Assembly (NCBI RefSeq): GCF_023055435.1
Contig: NW_025963779.1
Coordinates: 12,834,001 to 12,898,000, forward strand
Length of the DNA stretch: 64,000 nucleotides
Direction: 5' to 3'
From: Haliotis rufescens
Lineage: Eukaryota
In this document: in pieces, positions 1 to 11,132 of the stretch
How the letters are laid out: the number at the start of each line of letters is the position of its first letter
How positions within the stretch are numbered: the first letter of the stretch is position 1
The notes under the pieces: model-generated
Database searches by the model: none
What the model was told of the DNA's origin: nothing
The model's input: only the letters and a program-made list of their open reading frames with translations
Translations under genes and position numbers: made by a program

Positions 1-127
1 GCACACAGCGTTAAAGGGACTAATTTCGTCACAACATCTATGATATTATGGGTTATGAAATATCAATATCAAGTAAATACAATTATTATTTTCTATTCCT
101 ACACTCAAAAAGAACACCGCGCTGCTA

Positions 128-515
128 CGGAAGCGTAGTAGGGCCACGGTGAAATTAATTTTGTAAAAGTATCTCCTACGAAGGACTTAATATGTCCTAC
201 GTAGGACTTAGTATGGCCTAGAATTACTATCTCCTACGTAGGACTTAGTATGGACTAGAATTACTATCTCCTACCTAGGACTTAGTATGGACTAGAATAA
301 CTATCTCCTACCTAGGACTTAGTATGGACTAGAATAACTATCTCCTACGTAGGACTTAGTATCTCCTACGTAGGAGATACTAAGTCCTACGTAGGAGATA
401 GGAAGTCCTACGTAGGAAACAGGAAGTCCTACGTAGGACTTATTAGGAGATGATAAGTCCAACGTAGGTGATACTTAGACGAAAAGAAATTCACCGTGGC
501 CCTACTACGCTTCCG
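128..515. mobile_element. MITE with about 27-bp TIRs, TA flanks and internal palindromic TCCTACGTAGGA repeats
   Basis: CGGAAGCGTAGTAGGGCCACGGTGAA at 128 and its reverse complement ending at 515, TA on both sides. Confidence 0.85.
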
Positions 516-695
516 TACTCTGCTCAGTCCAAGGGTATGATGGGGTTGTTACGTGCATACTTATAATGGGGTTAGAAATATTTGAACTGGTTATAAATCA
601 ATTAAGTATTAAGTTACACACAAACATATGAAGAAACACAATTATCATCTCTTATTACCACACAGTACGACACTCGGATCAGCTGATGAAATAAA

Positions 696-848
696 GTGAG
701 TGAGTGAGTATGGTGTTTACGCTACTTTTAACAATATTCCAACAATATCACGGCAGGGGACACCAGAAATGGGCTTCACACATTGTACCCATGTCGGGAA
801 TCGAACCCGAGTCTTCTTTAACCACAAGGCTACCCGACCGCACCTCAC
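696..848 (-). mobile_element. Short tRNA-derived SINE (family C); other copies near 10745-10860(+), 26900-27000, 31665-31822, 46070-46145, 46297-46452
   Basis: A/B-box head (GGTTCGATTCC), dispersed similar copies, (ACTC)n tail. Confidence 0.75.
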
Positions 849-1151
849 TTTTTAGAGGAACTTCAGTCGGTCCATACTGCCGTAAACGTGGAAGGCGACT
901 GCTTCAGCATGTTGATACTTCTTTATATACCTGATATGATTGTATAATGTATTTGTATAATGAACATCACTTAACGTTGACACAGTTTGGTGGCCATTTG
1001 CGATGATTTTACAAACGGAGATGTTCAAATTTGGAGATATAGGACATAACATACTGACCCGTGTCTTGTGGTGATTTAAAGGGTATAATTGTTAACAAAT
1101 GAACGCATGTATAAAAACAGAATCGTGTACAGGTAAACGGTGAGGCGGTAC

Positions 1152-1236
1152 CTTTGAAAAGGACTTGGATATCCCGGTGTCATGAGAAATTGTTCCTCTT
1201 GGGTTGCGTTGAGATTATCACCTCGACAAGTAGGCC
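1152..1236 (-). CDS. CUB protein exon 8 (start of CUB3)
   Basis: tatttag|GG...CAAAG|gtaccg; GPTCRGDNLNATQEEQFLMTPGYPSPFQ; phase 1-2. Confidence 0.8.
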
Positions 1237-1456
1237 CTAAATAGAAATTATAAACAAAAATCCAACAAAATCTTCAGTGCATGTACGTTTCCAGCAGGAT
1301 GTGCTTTCGAAATATATACAACTAGAACCCCATTGATTGGTAAAATAAGTCAGAAGTGAGTGAGCAACTGTTATTTAACGTTGAAGTCAGCAATATTTAG
1401 CTTTACCACAGCAGTAAGGTGAGTGAAATTGGGTTTATATAGCGACGTGCATGCAC

Positions 1457-1737
1457 GCGTGTGTGTGGCTGCTTGTACTAGACCGGACTGATGCCGATTT
1501 ATAGTGCTATCTCACTGAGATAACATGCCGCAGTTTAACTTGAATACCCCACTCAGACACAGTATACTGACTCCGAGCCGACCAGTCCTTGCTTTAACCC
1601 CTTAATGCCGAGCGCCAGACAGGGTAACAACAAGTACCATCTTTTAACGTCTTTGGGTATGACGCGGCCGGGGATCGAACCCCGGACCTTCCGCTCTCCA
1701 GGCGGACGCCCTAACCACTAGACCATGGAGGCGGTCA
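1457..1737 (-). mobile_element. tRNA-derived SINE (family D); second copy about 31020-31345, fragment about 45975-46060
   Basis: GGTCTAGTGG A box, GGTTCGATCCCC B box, then GTCATACCCAAAGAC...ATGGTACTTG...GGCGCTCGGCA, which from memory resembles the Meta/MESC SINE core (unverified); (CA)n tail. Confidence 0.75.
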
Positions 1738-2913
1738 CCACAGCGGTGAGTGGTCGATAGTAGCAGCACGGATAGAGTGTTACAATGACCCAATTTACGT
1801 TGTAGCTGCTCGATCCTCAATGCTTCAAAATCTAGAGGCTATTGTGGTCTGTTCTTCCCAAATTTCATTTAAAAAGTTAGGTTTAACAATTTATAGATTT
1901 ATTCATGGATGCCAAGTATTTGTATTTTTGTATACACCCCTCATAAAACATAACATACAGTGCCATGAACGCCAGTGCAGTTGATCTTTTGTTTCAGGGG
2001 CGCTGGAATCTTTACACAGTATTGTCAGACGCTTAAGATTAATTCATGTATCATTAATGCCGAATAAATGTTTCCTGGTCGGAATCGAAAATAGTAATCT
2101 ATTTCTAGCAAAACTCCTCAAGCTTCCTACAGTCTTCCTACATATGTGGGTTTATAAACATTATTGCTGGTTTGTGTTTTTATGTTTTTTAACGCCGCAC
2201 TAAGCAATATTCCAGTAATGAAAAGTATGAACCAGACAACCCAGTGACTGACATTATGAGCATCCATCAACGCAACTGGGATACGGCGACGAAGCGAATT
2301 CCATCCCTGATTTTCACTGGGGATATGGAGATTCTTAAATGATTTTTTCGCCAAAATACGAAACGAGTGTAAGAATCTGTGTATATATGTACATGAACTC
2401 CGACTTTAGTTTCGTTAAATCAGTATGATGCCCATACAGGTGTAATAATGTATGTATTATTCGTAGTTCGTAATAGATGTGAACAAGAAAATATGTCTTC
2501 TAGAGACAAAACTTTGAAGAAAAGCTGATTCACATCATAGGAGGATCCGGAGTGGGGGGTGGGGGGTGGGGGTGGGAGTGGGGAGTGATCCAGGGGGTCC
2601 GGATTAGGTGCTGGCGATTAGGTTCCTCACTCTGAGAGTGTAGGTTCGAATCCTGGATGTATTTTATCACATCTTTAAATTACCCCCTCCAATATCTGGA
2701 AATTATTACACAAGATTTCTGATGAAGGGACACCATGCTACAAAGATGAGTATGTGGTGAGGCTGGTTGCGGGGTCTTAAGCCGCAATCCAATCGGAGAA
2801 TGCCATCGATATCTTCATACAATATATGAGGCCCACATTGTAACGTTGTCTGACAAAATGTGTAAAAGTCGACCTTAATATGATTTTAGTTATGTATATC
2901 GTAAGTGTCGAAC

Positions 2914-3045
2914 CTTCGAGAGTTCTGTACTTAAGACGGACACTCCGCTCCGATGATATATGCAGCATCATTGACGCCGACTCACTCCAACTTTGGTAGA
3001 CATTGATTTTCCCTGGACACCACGTGACATCATCTTCCCCGTATT
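2914..3045 (-). CDS. CUB protein exon 7 (end of CUB2)
   Basis: ctgcag|AA...GAAG|gttcga; EYGEDDVTWCPGKINVYQSWSESASMMLHISSERSVRLKYRTLE; phase 1-1. Confidence 0.7.
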
Positions 3046-3315
3046 CTGCAGCATAACATGGCAAATACGTTCGTATTGTATTAGTATGTTAATTACGATA
3101 TTCCGAAAATAGTCGGCGACTCTTTATACACACAAAAGCACAGTATTAGCATTAACATTAACGATCAAGGGAAATTACCACTGCTCGAGTGAGGGTGTGC
3201 ATGCTATAGCCAGCAAGTAAGAAAACGTACAACGTTATGGATAACATGTTCTGGTTTATTGCATATAGCGGTATTTGTATAGTTGGCTTCACCCAATTAA
3301 CTGTATACGACTTAA

Positions 3316-3519
3316 AGTAAGACAAGTTCTATGGATGAACAACTTCTTTATTACAATTAGTGCGACGTTTCGGTGTAGATCCTAATTATATAACACCTTC
3401 ATCAAGCAAGTGATGGCTAGTGCTAAACAACATAGGTGTATATACTTATTAACATCAACACCGAAACGTCGCACTAATTGTAATAAAGAAGTTGTTCATC
3501 CATAGAACTTGTCTTACTT
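3316..3519. mobile_element. Penelope-type inverted repeat (about 62-bp perfect arms) with hammerhead-like motif; related pieces near 5090-5185, 15337-15480, 26565-26625
   Basis: Arms 3316-3377 and 3458-3519 are reverse complements; TGATGA...CGAAACGTCG then AATAAA. Confidence 0.65.
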
Positions 3520-3846
3520 CATCACACCAACTTCTAAAATGCCACTGAAAAAAAGTGTGTGCGACTTATTACCTATTACCTTTGCCAGTGTTAATCTCCT
3601 GCTTATCACAAAATGCCATCATGTATATATACCCCTCGTCACTTTGTTTTTGTCTTTTGTCACTCCAGAGTGTAAGAACCTACGCAATGTGCAATAGATG
3701 CTATCAATAAAGTCGTGCGTTCTCTTACTTACTCAACAACTTCTGGAATTCCAATTAAGCAGTTATATCCAGCAAACTCCACCTTTCACGGCTGCCAGTA
3801 TTATTTGTTTGTGGTTTAACGCTACAATCTGCCATGCTCCAGCTAT

Positions 3847-4075
3847 GAGTGAGTAAGTTGGGTTTAACGCCGCTTTTAACATTATTCCAGTTATATCACG
3901 GCGTGTCAGCTTAATGTGTAACCCACGAGCACGGGTATGGTGCTGACAAACCTAGAAACATAATCGGGGTGAACCGGGATTCGAACCCACAATTATAGGT
4001 TTCAGGCGTGCCCAAGGGACGCAACTCTGCACAGCGAATCGCGGCGCCTTAGACGACTGGGCCACCCGTACCCCC
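3847..4075 (-). mobile_element. tRNA-derived SINE family A (internally deleted copy)
   Basis: A box TGGCCCAGTCG, B box GGTTCGAATCC, (ACTC)n tail, TSD CTCCAGCTAT. Confidence 0.9.
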
Positions 4076-4524
4076 TACTCCAGCTATGTGGCGGCGAACT
4101 GTATATTATGGAGTCTAAAAACACAGTCATAGATTTTGTGTGCAACGTCACACGTCACCAAGGTTGACCATCAGATCATACTTTGTCGTCCCTTGAGACA
4201 AGCATGTCTGGCTGGGGACCAGTTCACAGCCGGAATCCCCACGAGTCAGCCAAGCAAATCAGTGACTGGAGACCAACGATTCTGGTCAACGGATGAAGAT
4301 GGCAAGCAATCGGCCAAGTGACCGAGTCAGATCATCGACCCTCTGTAGTTGGCTTTGGGACATGCATACGGACAACATGGGACCACCATCTCTCCTTGTG
4401 TCCCCATGGGGTTAAACACAGCCGTAGCATATTACCCTGGGAAATATCAATTCAGGTGCTTCTTTACTAACGGGTCATCATGACTGTGGAACTGTGAAGA
4501 GGCGACAATGCTGAAAATCCTCAC

Positions 4525-4643
4525 CATCAAGAAATTTGACTTGAACATGTCCACAGCTGGTGCTGACATTACCAGCTGTTTCTATAGATACACGAACCTG
4601 TTGACCTTTCGGTGCCTTCACTCTCCAACGACACGCAAGTGAT
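4525..4643 (-). CDS. CUB protein exon 6 (middle of CUB2)
   Basis: cccatag|A...GATG|gtgagg; SLACRWRVKAPKGQQVRVSIETAGNVSTSCGHVQVKFLD; phase 2-1. Confidence 0.85.
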
Positions 4644-5374
4644 CTATGGGAGAACAATATATTCCCTTAAATGACAAACTCACCAAATCACACCCTTCAT
4701 TCGTACTTGACATAACTTGCACTTACTTCTCCAATACATGCAACAATATCCATATTTCTCTCCGAGTCCCATGGATGTATATCTTAGTCATACTTTGAAC
4801 TAGTTTCCAGATTAAACAACACAAATCTAACCATAGGGCATTGTAGTTATTGGAAATATAGTCCGTTTTCAAATTAGTTTTTTTCTTACGCTGCTTTTGG
4901 GTTTGACGCCGCATCAGATATCACAAATAAAAAACATCGTTCACTTGAAATTGTTATTTAAATGTATGTCTTGGAGCAGTGACAAAAAGAATTTATCTAA
5001 GCTTGGCCCATTTACTTTTGAAGCAATATTACGCATATCACAGTTGAGCAAACACAGGAACCATTTTTGAGCATGCTCGACCTCATAACGTGAAGATATA
5101 TACAACGGTATAAGGATACATACCGAAACGTCGCCTTTACAGTAAATAAAAAGTTGTTATGCATCAATTGTGTCTACTTTGTCATCCTTCACGTTCATCT
5201 GTTAAACAGTTTTTGACACTTAACACGTTGAAGGCGACTATGCTTTTTGTAAGATGCGACTTGCGGGATCGGGATCGATGCTTATGATGTCAATCACTGG
5301 ATTGTCTGATCCAGACTCGATTATTTACAGACCAACATCATATAGCTGGACTATTGCTCCAAACATACAAAACT

Positions 5375-6660
5375 AAACACGTTCAGCTGTTAAACATGTT
5401 TTGACCCTTAATACGTTAAGCTGTTAAACACGTTTTGACCCTTAACACATTCAGCTGTTAAACACGTTTTGACCCTTAATACGTTCAGCTGTTAAACACG
5501 TTTTGACCCTTAATACGTTCAGCTGTTTAACACGGTTTGACCCTTAACACGTTCAGCTGTCAAAAATGTTTTGACCCTGAACACGTTCAGCTGTTTAACA
5601 CGGTTTGACCCTGAACACGTTCAACTGTTTAACACCGCTTGACCCTGAACACATTCAACTGTTTAACAGGTTTTGACCCTTAATACGTTCAGCTGTTTAA
5701 CACGGTTTGACCCTTAATACGTTCAGCTGTTTAACACGGTTTGACCCTTAACACGTTCAGCGGTTTAACACGGTTTGACCCTGAACACATTCAACTGTTT
5801 AACAGGTTTTGACCCTTAATACGTTCAGCTGTTTAACACGGTTTGACCCTTAATACGTTCAGCTGTTTAACACGGTTTGACCCTTAACACGTTCAGCTGT
5901 TTAACACGGTTTGACCCTTAACACGTTCAGCGGTTTAACACGGTTTGACCCTGAACACATTCAACTGTTTAACAGGTTTTGACCCTTAATACGTTCAGCT
6001 GTTTAACACGGTTTGACCCTTAATACGTTCAGCTGTTTAACACGGTTTGACCCTTAACACGTTCAGCTGTTTAACACGGTTTGACCCTTAACACGTTCAG
6101 CTGTTTAACACGGTTTGACCCTGAACACATTCAGCTGTTTAACATGTTTTGACCCTTAACACGTTCAGCTGTTTAACACGTTTTGACCCTTAATAGTGAG
6201 TGAGTGAGTTGGGTTTTTCGCCGCTTTTAACATTATTCCAGTTATATCACGGTGTTTCAGCTTAATGTGGGAGGAAAGCCCGAAGTGATGCAGGTCTCAG
6301 ACGTTTACCACTTCGGTGAAACCCACGAGCACGGTGCTGACAAACCTAGAAACATAATTGGGGCGAACCGGGATTCGAACCCATAATCATAGGTTTCTGG
6401 CGTGCCCAAGGGACGCAACTCTGCACAGCGAATCGCGGCGCCTTAGACGACTGGGCCACCCTTAATACGTTCAGCTGTTTAACACGGTTTGACCCTGAAC
6501 ACATTCAGCTGTTAAACATGTTTTGACCCTGAACACATTCATCTGTTAAGCAGTTTTTTACCCTGAACACATTCAGCGTTTAAACACGTTTTTGACCCTG
6601 AACACATTCAGCTGTTAAACACGTTTTGACCCTTAACACGTTAAGCTGTTAAACATAATC
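5375..6660. repeat. 34-bp minisatellite interrupted by a family A SINE
   Basis: Unit CAGCTGTTTAACACGGTTTGACCCTTAATACGTT, about 30 copies. Confidence 0.95.
6196..6461 (-). mobile_element. SINE family A inserted in minisatellite
   Basis: Family A sequence flanked by CCCTTAATA. Confidence 0.9.
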
Positions 6661-6767
6661 CTGAACATGTTAAGACCTAACCCGTCAAAACTATGGGACA
6701 AGGAACGGACCTATGTTTGTACAGTGTGTTTCCTTAAACGATGCAAAGGTTTCATTTGATTACGTAC

Positions 6768-6852
6768 CGAGAAGTGCCGTCAGGGTACCCATATGAAAAG
6801 ATGTTATACTCTGTCGTTGAGACAGCAAACACTGATTGTCCATAACAGAGAT
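6768..6852 (-). CDS. CUB protein exon 5 (start of CUB2)
   Basis: gcacag|AT...TCTCG|gtacgt; DLCYGQSVFAVSTTEYNIFSYGYPDGTSR; phase 1-2. Confidence 0.8.
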
Positions 6853-6913
6853 CTGTGCGGAAAAAGTTAGGAGTCAGTAAATATGTTAATGGCAGGACAT
6901 AACTAATGACCTG

Positions 6914-7020
6914 GGCCCACTTGCACAAAGCGATCTTAGTGCTAAGACTATTGTAAGCCTATGTTAAAGTATGGGAGTTACGATCATCTTAGCGCTAAGG
7001 ATTCTTTGTGTAAGCGGGCC
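6914..7020. mobile_element. About 110-bp hairpin MITE, PIF/Harbinger-like; copies near 22172-22280, 27006-27108, 40620-40730, 40797-40905, 56751-56860
   Basis: TIR GGCCCACTTGCACAAAGCGATCTTAG, flanked by CWG trinucleotides; superfamily is inference. Confidence 0.75.
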
Positions 7021-7175
7021 CTGTTACTGCGTGTGTCGGTAGGTGGGATATTATATTTTTAATGTTCAGTGAGGTTGGGTGTGGGGAGTACATTCAGAAG
7101 ATACGAAAGCAGTATTTAAGGTTCATGTCCATATTTTCAAAAGGGGAAGGGGCGTGGGCCATGTCCATGAAACGC

Positions 7176-7719
7176 CATCTTAAAGAGGTAAGGGGGTTAT
7201 CTGACCATAAAGGTCCAGTTTCCACCCCTGTCGAACTAGGCTGGAATTATGGAGCTATATTAGGCTGGACTAACCAGTCTATGCATAGTCCAATCATAAT
7301 CGTGTAGCGAAATCAACATAAGGTTCGTAAACTGCCGTGCAGATTTCGGCCGACTGCAGGATTCTCAAAGTATGTGTACCGTCACCTTAGCGTCAAAAGA
7401 TATTTTCCAGATATTTTCATTTTTGTATTCCAGGTGCTCACGTTATTTAATACACTTCGCGAAGTAAGGACAGTTTTCATGCCAATATCGATATTAATTA
7501 TCGATCAGATCATTTTCACTGGGCGCCATTTTGTTTGAAGCAAATGCAAGTGATATCAGAGGTGGAATATGATTGATCAACAGGGGGGATATAGAAGGGA
7601 CATAACTCGTAATAGCCACTGGAGGCGCTACGATCGAATTCAGAAATTCCGGCCTAGTTAAGTAAGCGTGGAAACTGGAGGTTTTCAGTCAGCTAACTTC
7701 CTTGACTCGTGAAGGTGAT
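7176..7719. mobile_element. About 540-bp non-autonomous TIR element; better copy 57756-58299, fragment about 22800-23055
   Basis: Long TIRs containing CCAGTTTCCACCC...GAACTAGGCTGGAATT; three dispersed similar copies. Confidence 0.75.
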
Positions 7720-8040
7720 GAAACACCAACTCGGCATCCCAGAAGACGCCGCTGCGGTCAGACGTGGTTTAAGGTACTGGAACTGTTATAACTGCAACTC
7801 ATTTGGGCCACTTATAGAAGTGATTTACTATGTGAGCATCACTCCACCCATATAAACACACGGGAACAAACAGGGACAATAGAGAATTTTGGTCAACCAT
7901 AATAAGCAGCCATTATGGACATGCAATCCCCAAATCTCCATTCAGCAACCACGCGGATAATACCTCGTGTGGAAATATGATGTATAATCAGTGGGTGCAT
8001 TTAAATATATTCATAATGCACACGATTTTGCTGCACAAAC

Positions 8041-8181
8041 CTGTTGTGTAATATTTTAGCTCAAAGGCGTTTGTGTCCGTCACTTCAGCCGCGGGGTAGA
8101 CCACAGTGAGGACGTTGCCGGAACTTTGGAAGGAGCTTGTGTAGTTGCCACAAACCAAACCGAGGATGGCGCCGGATGAAT
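8041..8181 (-). CDS. CUB protein exon 4 (end of CUB1)
   Basis: tttacag|AT...ACAG|gtttgt; DSSGAILGLVCGNYTSSFQSSGNVLTVVYPAAEVTDTNAFELKYYTT; phase 1-1. Confidence 0.88.
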
Positions 8182-8321
8182 CTGTAAAGACGAAGCATCG
8201 ACAAGCTTTCACCCTTACTCTGGAACCTCGCTAGATGAAGATGTTAGGGTTGGGTTACTGAAGGACATAGTGTGATTATTGAAGTATACCAACCAACTAA
8301 CAAATACAGAGTAAAATACAA

Positions 8322-8578
8322 GTCCCGTTAAGATTCGGGGTAGAATAGGTCTTCAGCAACCCATGCTTGCCGTAGAAGGCTACTATGCTTGTCGTAAGAG
8401 GTGACTAACGGGATCGGGTGGTCAGGCTAGCTGACTTGTTTGATGCATGTCATCGTATTCAAAATGCGTGTGTCGATGCTCATGATGTCAATCACTCGAT
8501 TGTCTGGTCCAGGTTAATTACAGACCGCCGTCATATAGCTGGAATATTGCTGAGTGTTGCGTTAAACAATAAAACAAC
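8322..8578 (+). mobile_element. SINE-like family B (about 270 bp, AAAC tail); other copies near 14665-14990(+), 21885-22155(+), 26170-26430(-), 28305-28557(-), 31395-31645(-), 44915-45100(-), 53300-53520(-), 53975-54214(-), 59570-59790(-), 62615-62885(-)
   Basis: Shared consensus GACCCGTGAAGAT...GTCGTAAGAGGCGACTAA...GGATTGTCTGGTCCAGAC...GGCGTTAAACAACAAAC. Confidence 0.85.
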
Positions 8579-8633
8579 AGTATAATACCAAAATACAACA
8601 AAATAACTGACTGTGTATATACATAGTATGGAA

Positions 8634-8637
8634 AATA

Positions 8638-8672
<35 letters not shown>
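8634..8672. repeat. (AAT)n microsatellite
   Basis: Direct reading. Confidence 0.95.
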
Positions 8673-8673
<1 letters not shown>

Positions 8674-9179
8674 GATTGCATGAATTAAATTGAGGACGTG
8701 ACTCAAGTGGACACGAACATCTTCCTGACATCGTCTAGGCATGTTCGGAATGCATTTTGTAGCCTTTGGGATCCGGAGCCGGTCCAAATGTCGGAGTGCT
8801 ACCGGACGATAGTGCACACGACGAAAAGGTTGAGGTCAGGTCTCAGTGTGGCGGCCGTAATCATCGTTATCGTGGATTTTTCAAACTGACGACCAAGCCT
8901 ACATGCAAAGGAACCACAAGTTGTATCAACAGTCCATCACGATGACGGACCCCTGTGAGTCGACCACAACGACGGATGAGGTCAATGTAGTAGCTGTAGA
9001 TGGTGCCAATCAAAACCGCCGCTGAGCATTACTATGATATGAAACACAAGTGACAGCGTTCATGTCCACATCTCCAATCAAGACTACGGACATCTACAAT
9101 CACTGTGATGCTAACGACGCAATGTTTCGAATCTATGACGCCGCACCCATTCTATTCGCCTGTTTCCCTGTGTACTCCC

Positions 9180-9790
9180 CGACATGCTGATCTGTTTCTT
9201 TATGCATTTGGATCGAAATTTGAAATCGGATTGGCAAAGTCAAAACAGGGTAATTTGGCCAAGAAGTTTAACTTAAACTTCAGGTATATCGATGAACTGA
9301 TATCGTTCAATCACCATCAAATAGCCATTTCCTTTCTCCTGATGTATCCACCTGAACTAGAAAAAAGGAGACCAGTGACCTGTTTCATATTTAGGTCTGT
9401 GCATAAAGAACTTTATGGCGAGAAATATTCCTGCAGCTCCAGCCTTTGGTGCTTACATTTCACAACTTTTGAGGTACAGTTTCGCATCCTCTTTCTACCA
9501 AGATTCCAAAGAGCGTCATACGCTAAGGTGTTGTTTGATCAAGGTTACAACATACAAGGCTTCGGTAAAGCTTTCAAAATGTTTTATGGTAGACACGTGG
9601 AGGACCTTTCCAAATTTGATGCTTCAGGGACAAAAAATGATGTCCAGTGCAATTCCCTAATTTGACTTGTACCATATGATTCAATATTTGTTTCAGGTGA
9701 ACAATTGACTTGCCTCTGCATGTGTTTGTTACGGGTGCCACAGGAAGGACGGGATACGCTCACCTTTTCACGAACACCTTGTATCATCAC
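9180..9790 (+). mobile_element. Decayed Penelope-like reverse transcriptase 3' fragment
   Basis: ADLFLY, FNLNFRYIDE, YPPELE, NIPAAPAFGAYISQLLRY across frameshifts. Confidence 0.75.
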
Positions 9791-10004
9791 TTTTTGATTA
9801 TACAGTTATTTGTTGTCATGATATAGTCGGAATCGAGATTTTAAAATGAATATGGAAAGGGTTTTGTCGCTTTTATTTTTATTATTATCAGTCATCGTGA
9901 TTCCTATCACTGGGAAGAACCCCTTAATTCTGCAGCTTCCAACCGATTGTGCACAGAGCGATTGTGTAATGCCTGTGAGTGAGTGAGTGAGTGTGTAATG
10001 CCTG

Positions 10005-10306
10005 TGAGTGAGTGAGTGAGTGAGTGAGTGAGTGAGTGAGTGAGTGAGTGAGTTGGGTTTAACGCCGCTTTTAACATTATTCCAGTGTCAGCTTAATGTG
10101 GGAGGAAAGCCCGAAGTGATGCAGTTCTCAGACATTTACCCCTTCAGTGAAACCCACGAGCACGGGTATGGTGCTGACAAACCTAGAAACATAATCGGGG
10201 CGAACCGGGATTCGAACCCACGATCATAGGTTTCTGGCGTGCCCAAGGAACGCAACTCTGCACAGTGAATCGCGGCGCCTTAGACGACTGGGTCACCCGT
10301 GCCCCC
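10005..10306 (-). mobile_element. SINE family A with long (ACTC)n tail
   Basis: Family A sequence; TSD TAATGCCTGTG. Confidence 0.9.
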
Positions 10307-10558
10307 TTAATGCCTGTGGATGATGACAATAAACCCAGCGTTTCTGCTATATGATGATCGGATTTAATTCTTCTGTTAGTTACACGGCAATGTAGGAGTG
10401 GCAAAATCATACTGGTGTGCTTTCTGCATGTATTTCCGCGAAAACGGAGTAGGCAAATTCATCCGGGAAGATGTCTGTATCTGGCAAAGCGCTGGAGTTA
10501 TATATCATACTCCGATCGACACGGTGTCAGCGTGTCTCTGCCGCTATATGATACGTAC

Positions 10559-10689
10559 CACCATCATGCACGACGATGCTGTTACTGACGTCACATGATG
10601 GGTGTTGCGTTAAGTTGACGTTCTGGAAATTTAAGGTCACCATCTCGGAAGATCCTGAACTGTTTATTGTCCACGTGCACATCCCGCTG
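10559..10689 (-). CDS. CUB protein exon 3 (middle of CUB1)
   Basis: atttcag|C...GGTG|gtacgt; SGMCTWTINSSGSSEMVTLNFQNVNLTQHPSCDVSNSIVVHDG; phase 2-1. Confidence 0.88.
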
Positions 10690-11068
10690 CTGAAATGTTT
10701 GTTAATGTTAATTTTGTACTAAATACACAAATATATATATATAAAGTGGCGGTTGGGTAGCCTAGTTGGTTAAGCATACGCCTGTAACGACAAAGGCACA
10801 GGTTCGATTCCCAACATGAGTACAATACGTGAAGCCCATGATGGGATTTCTTGTGCCCACTTACTTTCATGTTGAGGTGCACATAATCGCGTAAAGATAT
10901 GCACATACGTTTGGCATATATCAATTGTGTATGAACCACGCTGTATGATCATACACACCATACGTGTGTCGTTAACATTCATAAGTGTTCGTTTACTTCA
11001 TGTGAGGAATGATGCAATTCTTTAGAATAAGATTATTATTGTGTTTAGCGAGAAAGTTAGCGTCTTAC

Positions 11069-11132
11069 CCTCCGACTACAGCCTTCTGACTCCCACTGGT
11101 GTCTGCTTGGAGGGTCAGGTCGCATGACTGAG
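11069..11132 (-). CDS. CUB protein exon 2 (start of CUB1)
   Basis: tttttcag|CT...GGAGG|gtaaga; AQSCDLTLQADTSGSQKAVVG; phase 1-2 exactly bridges exons 1 and 3 and supplies the first CUB Cys. Confidence 0.75.

Noticed and set aside
852-931. Possible terminal CUB-gene exon (cag|G YIKKYQHAE...)
   Set aside because: Phase fits but it lacks the CxWxI motif expected next and has a poor pyrimidine tract; the gene more likely continues outside the window.
1660-1737. tRNA genes at A/B-box sites here and in families A and C
   Set aside because: They are SINE heads attached to bodies, tails and TSDs; no clean cloverleaf.
8690-9100. GC-richer segment as an extra exon
   Set aside because: No phase-compatible exon with recognisable motifs; adjoins the Penelope-like remnant and is probably TE-derived.
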